The notes under the pieces are model-generated. The model was not told where the DNA came from, did not search any database, and saw nothing but the letters and a program-made list of their open reading frames with translations. A DNA stretch of 64,000 nt, taken from NCBI RefSeq assembly GCF_963921235.1, contig NC_086097.1:241678001-241742000 (forward strand), written 5' to 3'. The stretch is from Mobula hypostoma. Its lineage: Eukaryota. Every line of letters begins with the position of its first letter. The first letter of the stretch is position 1. A program made the translations under genes and the position numbers. Shown here piece after piece: positions 1 to 12,305 of the stretch.

Positions 1-219
1 CTTGTTATTTCATGCTCTCATTATTTATTGCTATTTATTTATATTTACATTTGCACAGTTTGTTGTCTTCTACATTGTCTTCTATGCTCTACTTGATCTA
101 CAGTTACTATTCTATAGATTTGCTGAGGATGCCCACAGAAAAAAGAATCTCAGGGTTGTATATGGTGACTTATATGTACTCTGGTTATAAAAATTTATTT
201 TGAACTTTGAACTTTGAAT
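1..219 (+). mobile_element. 3' UTR/tail of a Rex1/Babar-like LINE
   Basis: Ends in (TTTGAAC)n. The block gaatctcagggttgtatatggtgac recurs at about 7280 (-), 45180 (-) and 46590 (+), twice next to Rex1-type coding remnants. Confidence 0.55.
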
Positions 220-405
220 TATACCTGTTTTTTCTATTGTGTTTATTAAACAAATGAGCAGATTGAAGATAGCTCCTCAATATCATGATACAATTATTGC
301 AGGAAATAATTACGTGATTCATACTTAGTTACCATCTTAACGTGGGAATGAAATACCTTGAACAAAACTACATGTAACAAAGTCACTGTAAGTCAAACCA
401 ATTTA

Positions 406-823
406 AATTAAAGCAAAGATGTAATGCTGAGGCCTTAAAAGTCATTGGGCAGGCTGAACTTGAAGCATTGTGAGCAGTTTTATTTGAGAAAGGATGTGCT
501 GGCATTGGAGAGGGTCCAGAGGAGGTTCACAAGAATGATCCCAGGCATGAACAGGTTAACGGATGAGGAGCATTCAGTGCCTCTGGACTTGTACTCATTA
601 GAATTTAGAAAATTGAGGGAGGAACTCATTTAAATCTATTGTTTATTGAAAGGTCTAGAAAGGGTGGATGTGGAGAGGATGTTTCCCATAGTAGAGAGTC
701 TAGAACTGTAGGGCACAGCCTCAGAATAGATTATGTCCATTCAGATGAAGAGGAATCTCTTTCCCCAGAGGGTGATGAATCTGTGGAGATGGTTGTGGAG
801 GCCAAGTCATTAGGTATATTTAA
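406..823 (+). mobile_element. Old CR1 LINE 3' fragment, split by a younger CR1; resumes at about 6449-6595
   Basis: ORF 445-633 has LERVQRRFTRMIPG (CR1 ORF2 C-terminus). ggtatatttaa at 823 continues as aagcagaggttgat at about 6452. Confidence 0.8.
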
Positions 824-910
824 CCATATAACCATATAACCATATAACAATTACAGCACGGAAACAGGCCAGCTCGGCCCTTCTAGTCCATGCTGAACTC
901 TTACTCTCAC

Positions 911-3660
911 CTAGTCCCACTGACCTGCACTCAGCCCATAACCCTCCATTCCTTTCCTGTCCATATATCTATCCAATTTTATTTTAAATGACAATATCGA
1001 ACCTGCCTCTACCACATCTACTGGAAGCTTGTTCCACACAGCTACCACTCTCTGAGTAAAGAAGTTCCCCCTCGTGTTACCCCAAAACTTTTGCCCTCTA
1101 ACTGTCAACTCATGTTCTCTTGTTTGAATCTCCCCTACTATCAATGGAAAAAGCCTATCCATGTCAACTCTATCTCTCCCCCTCATAATTTTAAATACCT
1201 CTATCAAGTACCCCCTCAACCTTCTACGCTCCAAAGAATAAAGACCCAACTTGTTCAACCTTTCTCTATAACTTAGGTGCTGAAACCCAGGTAACATTCT
1301 AGTAAATTTTCTCTGTACTCTCTCTATTTTGTTGACATCTTTCCTATAATTCAGTGACCAGAACTGTACACAATACTTCAAATTTGGCCTTATCAATGCC
1401 TTGTACAATTTTAACGTTACATCCCAACTCCTATACTCAATGCTCTGATTAATAAAGGCCAGCATACCAAAAGCTTTCTTCACCACCCTATCCACATGAG
1501 ATTCCACCCTCAGGGAACTATGCACCATAATTCCTAGATCCCTCTGTTCTACTGCATTCTTCAATGCCCTACCATTTACCATGTATGTCCTATTCTGATT
1601 AGTCCTACCAAAATGTAGCACCTCACACTTATCAGCATTAAACTCCATCTGCCATCTTTCAGCCCACTCTTCTAATTGGCCTAAATCTCTCTGCAAGCTT
1701 TGAAAACCTACTTCATTATCCACAACGCCACCTGTCTTAGTATCATCTGCATACTGACTCATCCAATTTACCACCCCATCATCCAGATCATTAATGTATA
1801 TGACAAACAACATTGGACCCAGTACAGATCCCTGAGGCACACCACTAGTCACCAGCCTCCAATCTGACAAACAGTTATCCACCACCACTCTCTGGTGTCT
1901 CCTGTCAAGCCACATTCAATTTTACTACTTCAATATTAATACCTAACGATTGAACCTTCCTAACTAACCTTCCATGTGGAAACTTGTCAAAAGCCTTACT
2001 GAAGTCCATATAGACAACATCCACCACTTTACCCTCATCAATTTTCCTAGTAATCTCTTCAAAAACTTCAATAAGATTGTCAAACATGACCTTCCACACA
2101 CAAATCCATGTTGACTGTCCCTGTCTATCCAGATAATTATATATACCATCTCTAAGAATATTTTCCATTAATTTACCCACCACTGACGTCAAACATACAG
2201 GCCGATAATTGCTAGGTTTACTCTTAGACCCTTTTAAAACAATGGAACAACATGAGCAATACGCCAATCCTCCGGTACCATCCCCGTTTCTAATGACATT
2301 TGAAATATTTCTGACTGAGCCCCTGCTATTTCTACACTAACTTCCCTCAAGGTCCTGGGGAATATCCTGTCAGGACCCGGAGACTTATCCACTTTTATAT
2401 TCCTTAAAAGCGCCAGTATTTCCTCTTCTTTAATCATCATAGTTTCCATAACTTCCCTCCCTGTTTCCCTTACCTTACACAATTCAATATCCTTCTCCTT
2501 AGGGAATACCGAAGAAAATAAATTGTTCAAAATCTCCCCCATCTCTTTTGGCTCCACACATAGCTGTCCACTCTGATTCTCTAAGGGACCAATTTTATCC
2601 CTCACTATCCTTTTGCTATTAATATAACTGTAGAAACCCTTTGGATTTATTTTCACCTTACTTGCCAAAGCAACCTCGTATCTTCTTTTAGTTTTTCTAA
2701 TTTCTTTCTTAAGGTTCTTTTTACATTCTTTATATTCCTCAAGCACCTCATTTACTCCATGCTGCCTATATTTATTGTAGATATCTCTCTTTTTCTGAAC
2801 CAAGTTTCCAATATCCCTTGAAAACCATGGCTCTCTCAAATTTTAACCTTTCCTTTCAACCTAACAGGAACATAAAGATTCTGTACCCTCAAAATTTCAC
2901 CTTTAAATGACCTCTATTTCTCCATTACATCCTTCCCATAAAACAAATTGTCCCAATCCACTCCTTCTAAATCCTTTCGCATCTCCTCAAAGTTAGCCTT
3001 TCTCCAATCAAAAATCTCAACCCTGGGTCCAGACCTATCTTTTTCCATAATTATATTGAAACTAATGGCATTGTGATCACTGGACCCAAAGTGCTGCCCA
3101 ACACATACCTCCATCACCTGACCTATCTCATTCCCTAACAGGAGATCCAACACTGCCCCTTCTCTAGTTGGTTCCTCTATGTATTGCTGCGAAAAACTAT
3201 CCTGCACACATTTTACAAAATCCAAACCATCCAACCCTTTTACAGTATGGGCTTCCCAGTCTATGTGTAGAAAATTAAAATCTCCCAGTCACAACTTTGT
3301 GCTTACTACAAATATTTGCTATCTCCTTACAAATTTTCTCCTCCAATTCTCGCTCCCCATTAGGTGGTCTGTAATACACTCCTATAAGTGTTACTATACC
3401 TTTCCCATTCCTCAGTTCCACCCAAATAGCCTCCCTAGACGAGCCCTCTAATCTATCCCACCAGAGCACCACTGGAATATTTTCTCTGACAAGCAATGCA
3501 ACACCTCCCCCTCTTGTCCTTCAATTCTATCACACCTGAAGCAACAAAATCCAGGAATATTTAGTTGCCAATCTCACCCCTCCTGCAACCATGTTTCACT
3601 AATAGCTACAACATCATACTTCCAGTATCAATCCATGCTCTAAGCTCATCCACCTTTCTT
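911..3660 (-). pseudogene. CR1 ORF2 (APE endonuclease + reverse transcriptase), frameshifted
   Basis: Collinear ORF pieces 3275-3496, 2914-3234, 2234-2839, 1905-2267 and 911-1915. Confidence 0.9.
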
Positions 3661-3939
3661 AAACTGCTCCTTGCATTAAAATAAATGCATATAAAAAATT
3701 TTCCACCTCTTACTCTCTGTTTATCACTAATGGTGCAAACAACTTTACTATCTTCTTTTTCTTCCTTCTCCCCTACATCTGTTCCTACACTCTGGTTCCC
3801 CTTTCCCCCCCCCCCACCCCCCCACCCCCCGTATCTAGTTTAAGTCCACTGGAGCCTCTCTGGCAAACCTACCTGCAAAAATATTTGTCCCCCTCTAGTT
3901 CAGATGTAAACCATCCCGCCGGAACAGGCCCCAACTTCC

Positions 3940-6438
3940 GTGGAAACTGCCCAATTATTTATAAATCAGAAGCCCTCACTCCTGCACCATCTCTTCAGTC
4001 ACGTGTTGATCTGCACTATCTTACTATTTCTAAACCCGCCTGTACGTAGCACTGGTAGCAATCCTGAGATTGCTATCCTGGAGGTCCTGTCCTTTAACTT
4101 GGTGCCCAACTCCCTAAACTCACCTTTCAGGACCTCCTCACTCTTCCTACCCACGTCATTGGTCCCTACATGGACCATGACATCCGACTGCTCACCCTCT
4201 TGAGAATACTGAGAACTCAATCTGAGATATCGCGGACCTTGGCACCAGGGAGGCAACAGACCATCCGGGATTCTCGATTTCTTCCACAGAATCTCTTATA
4301 GAAACCATAGAAACCATAGAAAAACTACAGCACAGAAACAGGCCTTTTGGCCCTTCTTGGCTGTGCCAAACCATTTTTCTGCCTAGTCCCACTGATCTGC
4401 ACATGGACCATTTCCCTCCATACACCCCTCATCCATGTACCTGTCCAAGTTTTGCTTAAATGTTAAAAGTGAGCCCGCATTTACCACTTCATCTGGCAGC
4501 TCATTCCACACTCCCAACACTCTCTGTGTGAAGAAGCCCCCCCAATGTTCCCTTTAAACTTTTCCCCCCTCACCCTTCATCCATATCCTCTGGTTTTTTC
4601 TCCCCTTGCCTCAGTGGAAAAAGCTTGCTTGCATTCACCCTATCTATACCCATCATAATTTTATATACCTCTATCAAATCTCGCTTCATTCTTCTACGCT
4701 CCAGGGAATAAAGTCCTAACCTATTCAACCTTTCTCTGTAACTGGGTTTCTCAAGTCCCGGCAACATCCTTGTAAACCTTCTCTGCACTCTTTCAACCTT
4801 ATTAATATCCTTCCTGTAATTTGGTGACCAAAACTGAACACAATACTCCAGATTCAGCCTCACCAATGCCTTATACAACCTCATCATAACATTCCAGCTC
4901 TTATACTCAATACTTTGATTAATAAAGGCCAATGCACCAAAAGCTCTCTTTATCACCCTATCTACCTGTGATGCCACTTTTAGGGAATTTTGTATCTGTA
5001 TTCCCAGATCCCTCTGTTCTACTGCACTCCTCAATGCCTTACCATTTACCCTGTATGTTCTACCTTGGTTTGTCCTTCCAAAGTGCAATACCTCACATTT
5101 GTCTGTATTAAACTCCATCTGCCATTTTTCAGCCCATTTTTCCAGCTGGTCCAAGTCCCTCTGCAGGCTCTGAAAACCTTCCTCACTGTCCACTACACCT
5201 CTGATCTTCGTATCATCAGCAGATTTGCTGATCCAATTTACCACGTTACCATCCAGATCATTGATACAGATGACAAATAACAATGGGCCCAGCACTGATC
5301 CCTGTGGCACACCACTAGTCACAGGCCTCCACTCTGAGAAGCAATTCTCTACTACCACTCTTTGGCTTCTTCCATTGAGCCAATGTCTAATCCAATTTAC
5401 CACCTCTCCATGTATACCAAGCGACTGAACTTTCCTAACTAACCTCCCATGCGGGACCTTGTCAAAGGCCTTACTGAAGTCCATGTAGACAACATCCACT
5501 GCATTCCCTTCATTCACTTTCCTGCTAACCTCCTCGAAAAACTCCAATAGATTGGTCAAACATGACCTACCACGCACAAAGCCATGTTGACTCTCCCTAA
5601 TAAGTCCCTGTCTATCCAAATGCTTGTAGATTCTATCTCTTAGTTCTCCCTCCATAACGTACCCACTACCGATGTCAAACTTACTGTCCTATAATTTCCC
5701 CGATTACTTTACGATCCTTTTGTAAACAACGGAACAACATGAGCTACTCTCCAATCCTCCAGCACCTCACCTGTAGACACCGACATTTTAAATATTTCTG
5801 CCAGCGCCCCTGCAATTTCAATACTAGTCTCCTTCAAGGTCTGAGGGAATACCCTGTCAGGTCCTGGGGATTTATCCACTTTAATTTGCCTCAAAATAGC
5901 AAGCACCTCCTCATTTTCAATCTGTACAGTTTCCATGATCTCACTACTTATTTCAGATCTCATTATCTGTCCCCCTAACTACTGAATCCCCTGTCACTAC
6001 TGCTCTCCTCTTTTCCCTCCTTCCCTTCTGAGCTGAGGGTCCAGTCTCGGTGCCAGAGATGCAACTACTGCAACTCGTCCCTTGTAGGTCGTCCCCATCA
6101 ACAGTAGCCAAAATGACGTACTTATTATTGGTGGAAACGGCCACAGGAGTGCTCTGCTCATTCTGTCTATTCCCCTTCCCTCTCCTGACAGTCATCTAGC
6201 TACCTGTCTCTTGACTTTTAGGGGTGACTATCTCCCTGTAACTCCTGTTTATTTCTGCCTCTGCCTCACGAATGATCCAAAGTTCATCCAGCTCCAGCTC
6301 CAGTTCCCTAACTCGGTTTGTCAGGAGCTGCAGCTGGATGCACCTTTCATGGGTGTAGTCATCAGGGACGATTGTGCTCGCCCTGACTTCCCACATCCTG
6401 CAGACAGAGCACTCGACTGCCCTAACTGCTGCCTGCAT
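3940..6438 (-). pseudogene. CR1 ORF1 (Zn finger-leucine zipper + SGNH esterase), split by nested LINE
   Basis: ORFs 6196-6438, 5953-6195 and 3999-4256 join into one ORF1 when 4300-5956 is removed. Confidence 0.85.
4300..5956 (-). mobile_element. 5'-truncated CR1 LINE nested in ORF1 of the 824-6448 element
   Basis: RT ORF 4570-5655 (361 aa); tail (TTTCTATGG)n; imperfect TSD atctcttat (4291) / atctcattat (5957). Confidence 0.92.
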
Positions 6439-6597
6439 TACCTGCTCCTAAAAGCAGAGGTTGATCGGTTCTTTATTATTAATGTTGTAAAATTTATGGG
6501 GGGCAGGCAAGAGAAGGCAGAGGTTGAGAAGGATAATAAATCAGCCATGATGGAACGGTGGAGCAGACTCGATGGGCTGAATAATCTTATAGTCTGG

Positions 6598-6897
6598 AAG
6601 TGTAACGGTGAGCACAATGCTTCACAGTGCCAGCTGTAAAATCAGGATTTGATTCACTCTGTTGTCTGTAACAAAGTTCTCCCCGTAACTCTGTGGGTTT
6701 CCTCCGGGTGTTCTGGTTTTCTCCCCTCTTCCAAAGATGTATAGTTAGGGTTAGTCAGTTGTGGGCACGCAATGCTGGCACTGGAAACAAGGCTACACTC
6801 GTGGGCTGCCCAGCACAATCCTCACTGAGTTGATTTGAAGCAAAGCTGTACATTTTACAGTATGTTTTGATGTACATGTGACAAGTAAAGCTAATCC
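6598..6897 (+). mobile_element. tRNA-derived V-type SINE
   Basis: Central box gggtttcctccgggtgttctggttttctccc...ccaaaga; related copies at 15680, 18205, 25560 and 46995. Confidence 0.7.
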
Positions 6898-6987
6898 ATT
6901 ATTGTGCATCCTTTGAATACACGATGTTATTCCTGATGGACTAGCTGACAGCAAGAGTGTTCACTCTTAAACTATCTATATTGCAAA

Positions 6988-7062
6988 CAACAGGAATTTA
7001 GCACCTCTTCCTAGAGATGCTGCCTGGCCTGCTGCGTTCACCAGCAACTTTTATGTGTGTTG
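6988..7062. mobile_element. Penelope pLTR-derived inverted mini-insertion
   Basis: Flanked by 16-bp direct repeat ctatctatattgcaaa (6972-6987, 7063-7078); sequence matches the pLTR family at 8053, 17128 and 26695. Confidence 0.8.
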
Positions 7063-7314
7063 CTATCTATATTGCAAATACCTGATACATACATGTGGCT
7101 CGTTCCATTGATCATCCATCAGATGGCCATTGCAAATGAATTTTTACCTTCAATTCCAATCACCCTACCTCACTCCCACACCTGAAGTGCTGCATCACGT
7201 ACAAAAGTAGCTAAACTCTTAGATTATTGGAGGCTCAAAGCTCAGAGTAAATTTTATTATCAAAATGCATTATGTGTCAACATATACAACCCTGAGATTC
7301 ATTTTCCTGCAGGC

Positions 7315-7768
7315 ATATCACCAGATATCACCATTACAGCACGGAAACAGGCCAGCTCGGCCCTTCTAGTCCATGCTGAACTCTTACTCTCACCTAGTCC
7401 CACCGACCTGCCCTCAGCCCATAACCCTCCATTCCTTTCCTGTCCATATATCTATCTAATTTAACTTTAAATGACAACATCGAACCTGCCTCAACCACTT
7501 CTGCTGGAAGCTCGTTCCACACAGCTACCACTCTCTGAGTAAAGAAGTTCCCCCTCATGTTACCTCTAAACTTTTGCCCTTTAACTCTCAACTCATGTCC
7601 TCTTGTTTGAATCTCCCCCACTCTCAATGGAAAAAGCCTATCCACGTCAACTCTATCTATCCCCCTCATAATTTTAAATACTGAACCTCTATCAAGTCCC
7701 CCCTCAAACTTTTACATTCCGGAGAATAAAGACCCAACTTGTTCAACCTTTCTCTGTAACTCAGGTGA
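7315..7768 (-). mobile_element. CR1 3' fragment (same subfamily as 824-6448)
   Basis: ORF 7394-7669 is nearly identical to the C-terminus of ORF 911-1915. Confidence 0.9.
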
Positions 7769-8052
7769 TATAATAGCTGGTAAAATATTTTCAATCCTAC
7801 GAGCCAGAATTTTGGATAGAATTTTAGTATCAACATTAAGTAGAGAGTTTGGTCTATATGAAGAGAATTCAGTTGGGTTCTTTTTTTTTTAAGAATAAGC
7901 GAAGTAGATATTTAGCAACTCTATGGAATAGAAACTGCAAACTTTGCTATAGCTTGTCAAAACTAACCAACGCATCACCAGCAGCAGTGTTCCCGCCATC
8001 AAGGACATATATACAGAAAGGTGCCTGAAAAAGCCAGCAGTATCAGGAAGGA

Positions 8053-8204
8053 ACACGAGGAAATCTGCAGATGCTGGAATTTCAAGCAACACACATGAAA
8101 GTTGCTGACGAAGGGTCTCGGCCTGAAACGTCAACTGTACCTCTTCCTATAGATGCTGCCTGGCCTGCTGCGTTCGCCAGCAACTTTGATGTGTGTTGCT
8201 TGAA
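8053..8204. mobile_element. Penelope pLTR-derived inverted mini-insertion
   Basis: TSD tatcaggaagga (8041-8052, 8205-8216); arms in inverted orientation. Confidence 0.85.
8100..8136 (+). ncRNA. Minimal type I hammerhead ribozyme motif (Penelope type); core intact, stem I offset by 1 nt
   Basis: agttg-CTGACGA-agggtctcggcct-GAAAC-GTC-aact. Confidence 0.65.
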
Positions 8205-8421
8205 TATCAGGAAGGATTCCACACACTCTGCTCATGGAATGTTTGTCCCACTCCCGTCAGGGAGGAGGCTACATAGCATCCACGCCAGGACCACCAGACT
8301 CAAAAGCTGTTACTTACCCCAAGAGCAAGGCTAATCATCACCTCCACCCACTAACCCACCCCACCACGCCCCTCACCATCATTGCTTCATCATTACCTGT
8401 CGGTCACCTTATGTGATCAGT

Positions 8422-8575
8422 CACGGGCCGGTGCTGTAGTAGCATCAGCACTGAGTGTCAGGGTGAATGGCTGAGCGTTGAGCTAGCAACTGGTAAAAAA
8501 CTGACAAATGCTAAAGAAACAGCAAGGTGCACTCGATGCACCACAAGGCGCAGAGAGGAACAACGGCAACAATCT
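8422..8575 (+). mobile_element. Short SINE-like element with RTE-type tail
   Basis: Interrupts the Rex1 3' UTR; ends gatgcaccacaaggcgcagagaggaacaacggcaacaa. Confidence 0.4.
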
Positions 8576-8823
8576 TATCTTCAGACACCCTTGTGCCAAG
8601 CGTCACTTCATATGCATACAATCAATCCATATGAAAGCTATCTGATTATGTACTTATATTTATTATGGGTGTTTTTTTTATTATTGTGTTCTTTATCTTA
8701 TTGTTTTCTTCTGTTCTGTATTGGATCTGCAGCGAGTGGTGCACGCGAGCTGGATTTCAATGTTTCAGAGAAGTTTGGATAGGATGGTAGGAGTATGGAG
8801 GTCGATGTTCCCGCTGCAAGTCG

Positions 8824-10188
8824 ATGGTTGGTAATTTGATGGAGAAGGTCCCGAGAGGCAGGACTTATGAACATTTAGAGAAGCATAATATGATTAGGAA
8901 TAGTCAGCATGGCTTTGTGAAAGGCAGGTCGTGCCTTACGAACCTGATTGAATTTTTTGAGGATGTGACTAAACACATTAATGAAGGTAGAGCCATAGAT
9001 GTAGTGTATATGGATTTCAGCAAGGCATTTGATAAGGTACCCCATGCAAGACTTATTGAGAAAGTAAGGAGGCATGGGATCCAAGGGGACATTGCTTTGT
9101 GGATCCAGAACTGGCTTGCCCACAGAAGGCAAAGAGTGGTTGTAGATGGGTCATATTCTGCATGGAGGTCGGTGACCAGCGGTGTGCCTCAGGGATCTGT
9201 TCTGGGACCCTTACTCTTCGTGATTTTTATAAATGACCTGGATGAGGAAGTGGAGGGATGGGTTAGTAAGTTTGCTGATGACACAAAGGTTGCGGGTGTT
9301 GTGGATAGTGTGGAGGGCTATCAGAGGTTACAGCGGGACATTGATAGGATACAAAACTGGGCTGAGAAGTGGCGGATGGAGTTCAACCCAGCTAAGTGTG
9401 ATGTGGTTCATTTTAGTAGGTCAAATATGATGGCAGAATATAGTATTAATGGTAAGACTCTTGGCAGTGTGGAGGATTAGAGGGATCTTGGGGTCTGAGT
9501 GCATAAGACACTCAAAGCTGCTGCGCAGGTTGACTCTGTGGTTAAGAAGGCGTACGGTGCATTGGCCTTCATCAATCGTGTGACTGAGTTTAGGAACCGA
9601 GAGGTAATGTTGCAGCTATATAGGGCCCTGGTCAGACCCGACTTGGAATACTGTGCTCAGTTCTGGTCGCCTCACTACAGGAAGGATGTGGAAGCCATCG
9701 AAAGGGTGCAGAGGAGACTTACAAGGATGTTGTCTGGATTGGGGAGCATGCCTTATGAGAATAGGTTGAGTGAACTCGGCCTTTTCTCCTTGGAGTGACG
9801 GAGGATGAGAGGTGACCTGATAGAGGTATATACGGTGATGAGAGGCATTGATCGTGTGGATAGTCAGAGGCTTTTTCTCAAGGGCTGAAATGGTTAGCAC
9901 AAGAGGGCACAGTTTTAAGGTGCTTGGAAGTAGGTACAGAGGAGACGTCAGGGGTAAATTCTTTACGCAGAGAGTGGTGAGTGCGTGAAATGGGCTGCTG
10001 GCAATGGTGGTGGAGGCGGATACAATAGGGTCTTTTAAGAGACTCCTGGACCAGTACATGGAGCTCAGAAAAATAGAGGGCTATGGGTAACCCTAGGTAA
10101 TTTCTAAGGTAAGGACATGTTCGGCACAGCTTTGTGGCCAAAGGGCCTGTATTGTGCTGTAGGTTTTCTATATTTCTATGTTTCTATG
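8824..10188 (+). mobile_element. 5'-truncated CR1 LINE
   Basis: RT ORFs 8824-9480 (FADD) and 9499-9798; tail (TTTCTATG)n; same subfamily as 61412-62370. Confidence 0.92.
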
Positions 10189-10260
10189 TAACAATTATTT
10201 CGTTCCCTTTTACTCTAATGTACAGGAAACGAAATCAAATAATCTTGAATCTTGAATCTT

Positions 10261-10483
10261 AGAGTCATAGAGTCATGGAAAAGTACAGCACAGAAACAGG
10301 CCCTTCAGCCCATCTAGCCATGATGAACCATTTAAACTGCCTACTTCCATCAACCGCAGAAAGAGCATAGCCCTCCATACCCCTACCATCCATGTACCTA
10401 TCCGAACTTCTGTAAAATGTTGAAACTCAGCTCGCATGCACCACTTGTGCTGGCAGGTCGCTCCACAATCTCACAACCCTCTT
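10261..10483 (-). mobile_element. CR1 3' end
   Basis: CR1 3' UTR with (GACTCTAT)n tail. Confidence 0.7.
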
Positions 10484-10991
10484 GAAAAAAACTTTCATCA
10501 AATTCACTGAAGCTTTCTTGTGTCCTGTTTACCAGGAGAAATCCTATTTCGATGGACATTTATACAACCTTTATAGAGATAGCATCATAGTTAGCAAATA
10601 ATTATCTCATGGATTCCTCCTTTAATTCTGTCTAGACATTTAACAGTCATAATGTTTCTAAATTTATTTTTCTGTAATTCAGTACTTCAGCCTGAAGCAA
10701 AGGCCCACGGCTTCCCCACCTGAAATTTCTTTGGATTAATTCATTCACAAAGAGTGGTGGAAATCTGAATTTTAATCCACCAAGACCTGTTCAGGAGCTA
10801 TGGGATCCAGAGGGACTTGACTGCATGGGTTCGGAATTGGCTTGCCCACAGACGAAATTATGGAAATACTGCACAGGACGTCATAAGGATTCCATGCTTA
10901 TCTTAGAATGCAGCTATGACTTGTTAATACCTCCCGTGTAACTCCTTCCCTGAAGGACATTGTCTTATTCGCCAGTCGCTTGAGATCAAGA

Positions 10992-12305
10992 ATAAAGTGG
11001 CAAAGCATATTGATGAAGGTATAGTGGTAAATGTGGTGTATGTGGATTTTGGTAACGCATCCAACAAGGTTCCCCATTGTAGTCTCTTTCAGAAAGTCAG
11101 GAGGCATTTGATCCAGGGAAACCTGGCTGTGTAGATTTGGAATTGGCTTGTCCACAGAAGGCAGAGAATGGTAGTAGATGGACTGTATTCTGCCTGGAGT
11201 TTGGTGACCAGCGGAGTTCAGCAAGGATCACTACCCTTGGTCATTCTTATGTGAGTTGGATAAGGAAGTGGAAGGGTGGGTTATTAAGTTTGCAGATGTC
11301 ACTAAGGTTGATGGAGTTGAATCTGCAGAAGTATAAAGTGATGCACTTTGGAAGGTGAAAACTGAAAGCAGAGTACAGGGTTAATGGTAGGATTCTTAGC
11401 AGAGAGGAGGAACAGAGGGATCTTGGGGTTTATGTCCATAGATCATCAAAGCCATTACTCAAGTTGATAGGGTGTTTAAGAAAGCGTATAGTGTATTGGC
11501 CTTCATGAGTCAGGGGACTGAGTTCAAGATCCAAGAGGTAATGTTGCAGCTCTAGGTTAGACCACACTTGGAATATTGTGTTCAGTTCTGGTCACCTCAT
11601 TACAGGAAAAATGTGGAAGTTTGGAGAGGGTGCAGAGGAGATTTACCAGGATGCTGCCTGGATTTGGTGAGCACGTTTTATGAAGAATGGTTGAGCGAGT
11701 TAGAGCTTATCTCTTTGCAGCAAGGGAGGATGACAAGTGATTTGATAGAGGTGAATAAAATGATAAGAGGCATTGAAAGAGTGGACAGCCAGGGTAGGTA
11801 GAAATAGCTAATGCAAGAGAGCATGATTTTCAGGTATAGGGAGGAAGTATGGTGGGGCAGGATGATGTCAACAGTAGGCTTTTTTATACAGAGGATGTAT
11901 TGAATGCACCTCCGGGGTGGTGTGAGAGCCAGGGACATTTAAGAAACTCTTAGATGGGCACAAGATGAAAAGAATGCTACGTGGGAGGGAAGTGTTAAAT
12001 TGATCTTGGAGTAGGTTAAAAGGTCCACACCAAATCCCGCTCCTTCAGTTTCCCTGCCAACAAGCAACTTGCTGATGCGGTAGACCTGCAGTGCTTTAAG
12101 TTTTTAATGTCCAACGTGGTCTCGTGAGCGTAAAAAATGTTTAAAAAGGACAATAACACTTACGCTGTTTCATCTGGCTGTATTCATGCGTATTCGTGTG
12201 TGGTTGAATGACAATTAAGCTTTAACTTTGAACTTCAAAAGGTCGGCAAGGCATTGTGTATCAAAGAGTCCTTACTGCGCTGAGTCATACTGCTCTATGT
12301 TCTAC
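10992..12305 (+). mobile_element. Degraded CR1 LINE fragment
   Basis: EYCVQFWSPHYRK in ORF 11568-11801; decayed RT motifs upstream. Confidence 0.8.
12026..12236 (+). mobile_element. Short non-coding retroposon with Rex1-like tail, inserted in a CR1 3' UTR
   Basis: 8-bp TSD aaaaggtc (12018-12025, 12237-12244); ends aatgacaattaagctttaactttgaactt. Confidence 0.6.

Larger units (their letters stand above)
824..6448 (-). mobile_element. Nearly full-length CR1 (HER1-like) LINE with decayed ORF1 and ORF2; interrupted by a nested CR1 at 4300-5956
   Basis: ORF1: CSVC Zn-finger/leucine zipper (6196-6438), esterase motifs GDS (5953-6195) and HVGTND (3999-4256). ORF2: APE motifs GVYYRPP and SDHN, RT motifs DFSKAFD, GVPQGSVLGP and YADD. 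Tail (GTTATATG)n at 824-850. Confidence 0.93.
7960..8730 (+). mobile_element. Rex1/Babar LINE 3' fragment hosting later insertions; tail resumes at about 10190-10260
   Basis: KDSTHSAHGMFVPLPSGRRLHSIHARTTRLK is a Rex1-type C-terminus; (TCTTGAA)n tail at 10243-10260. Confidence 0.7.
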
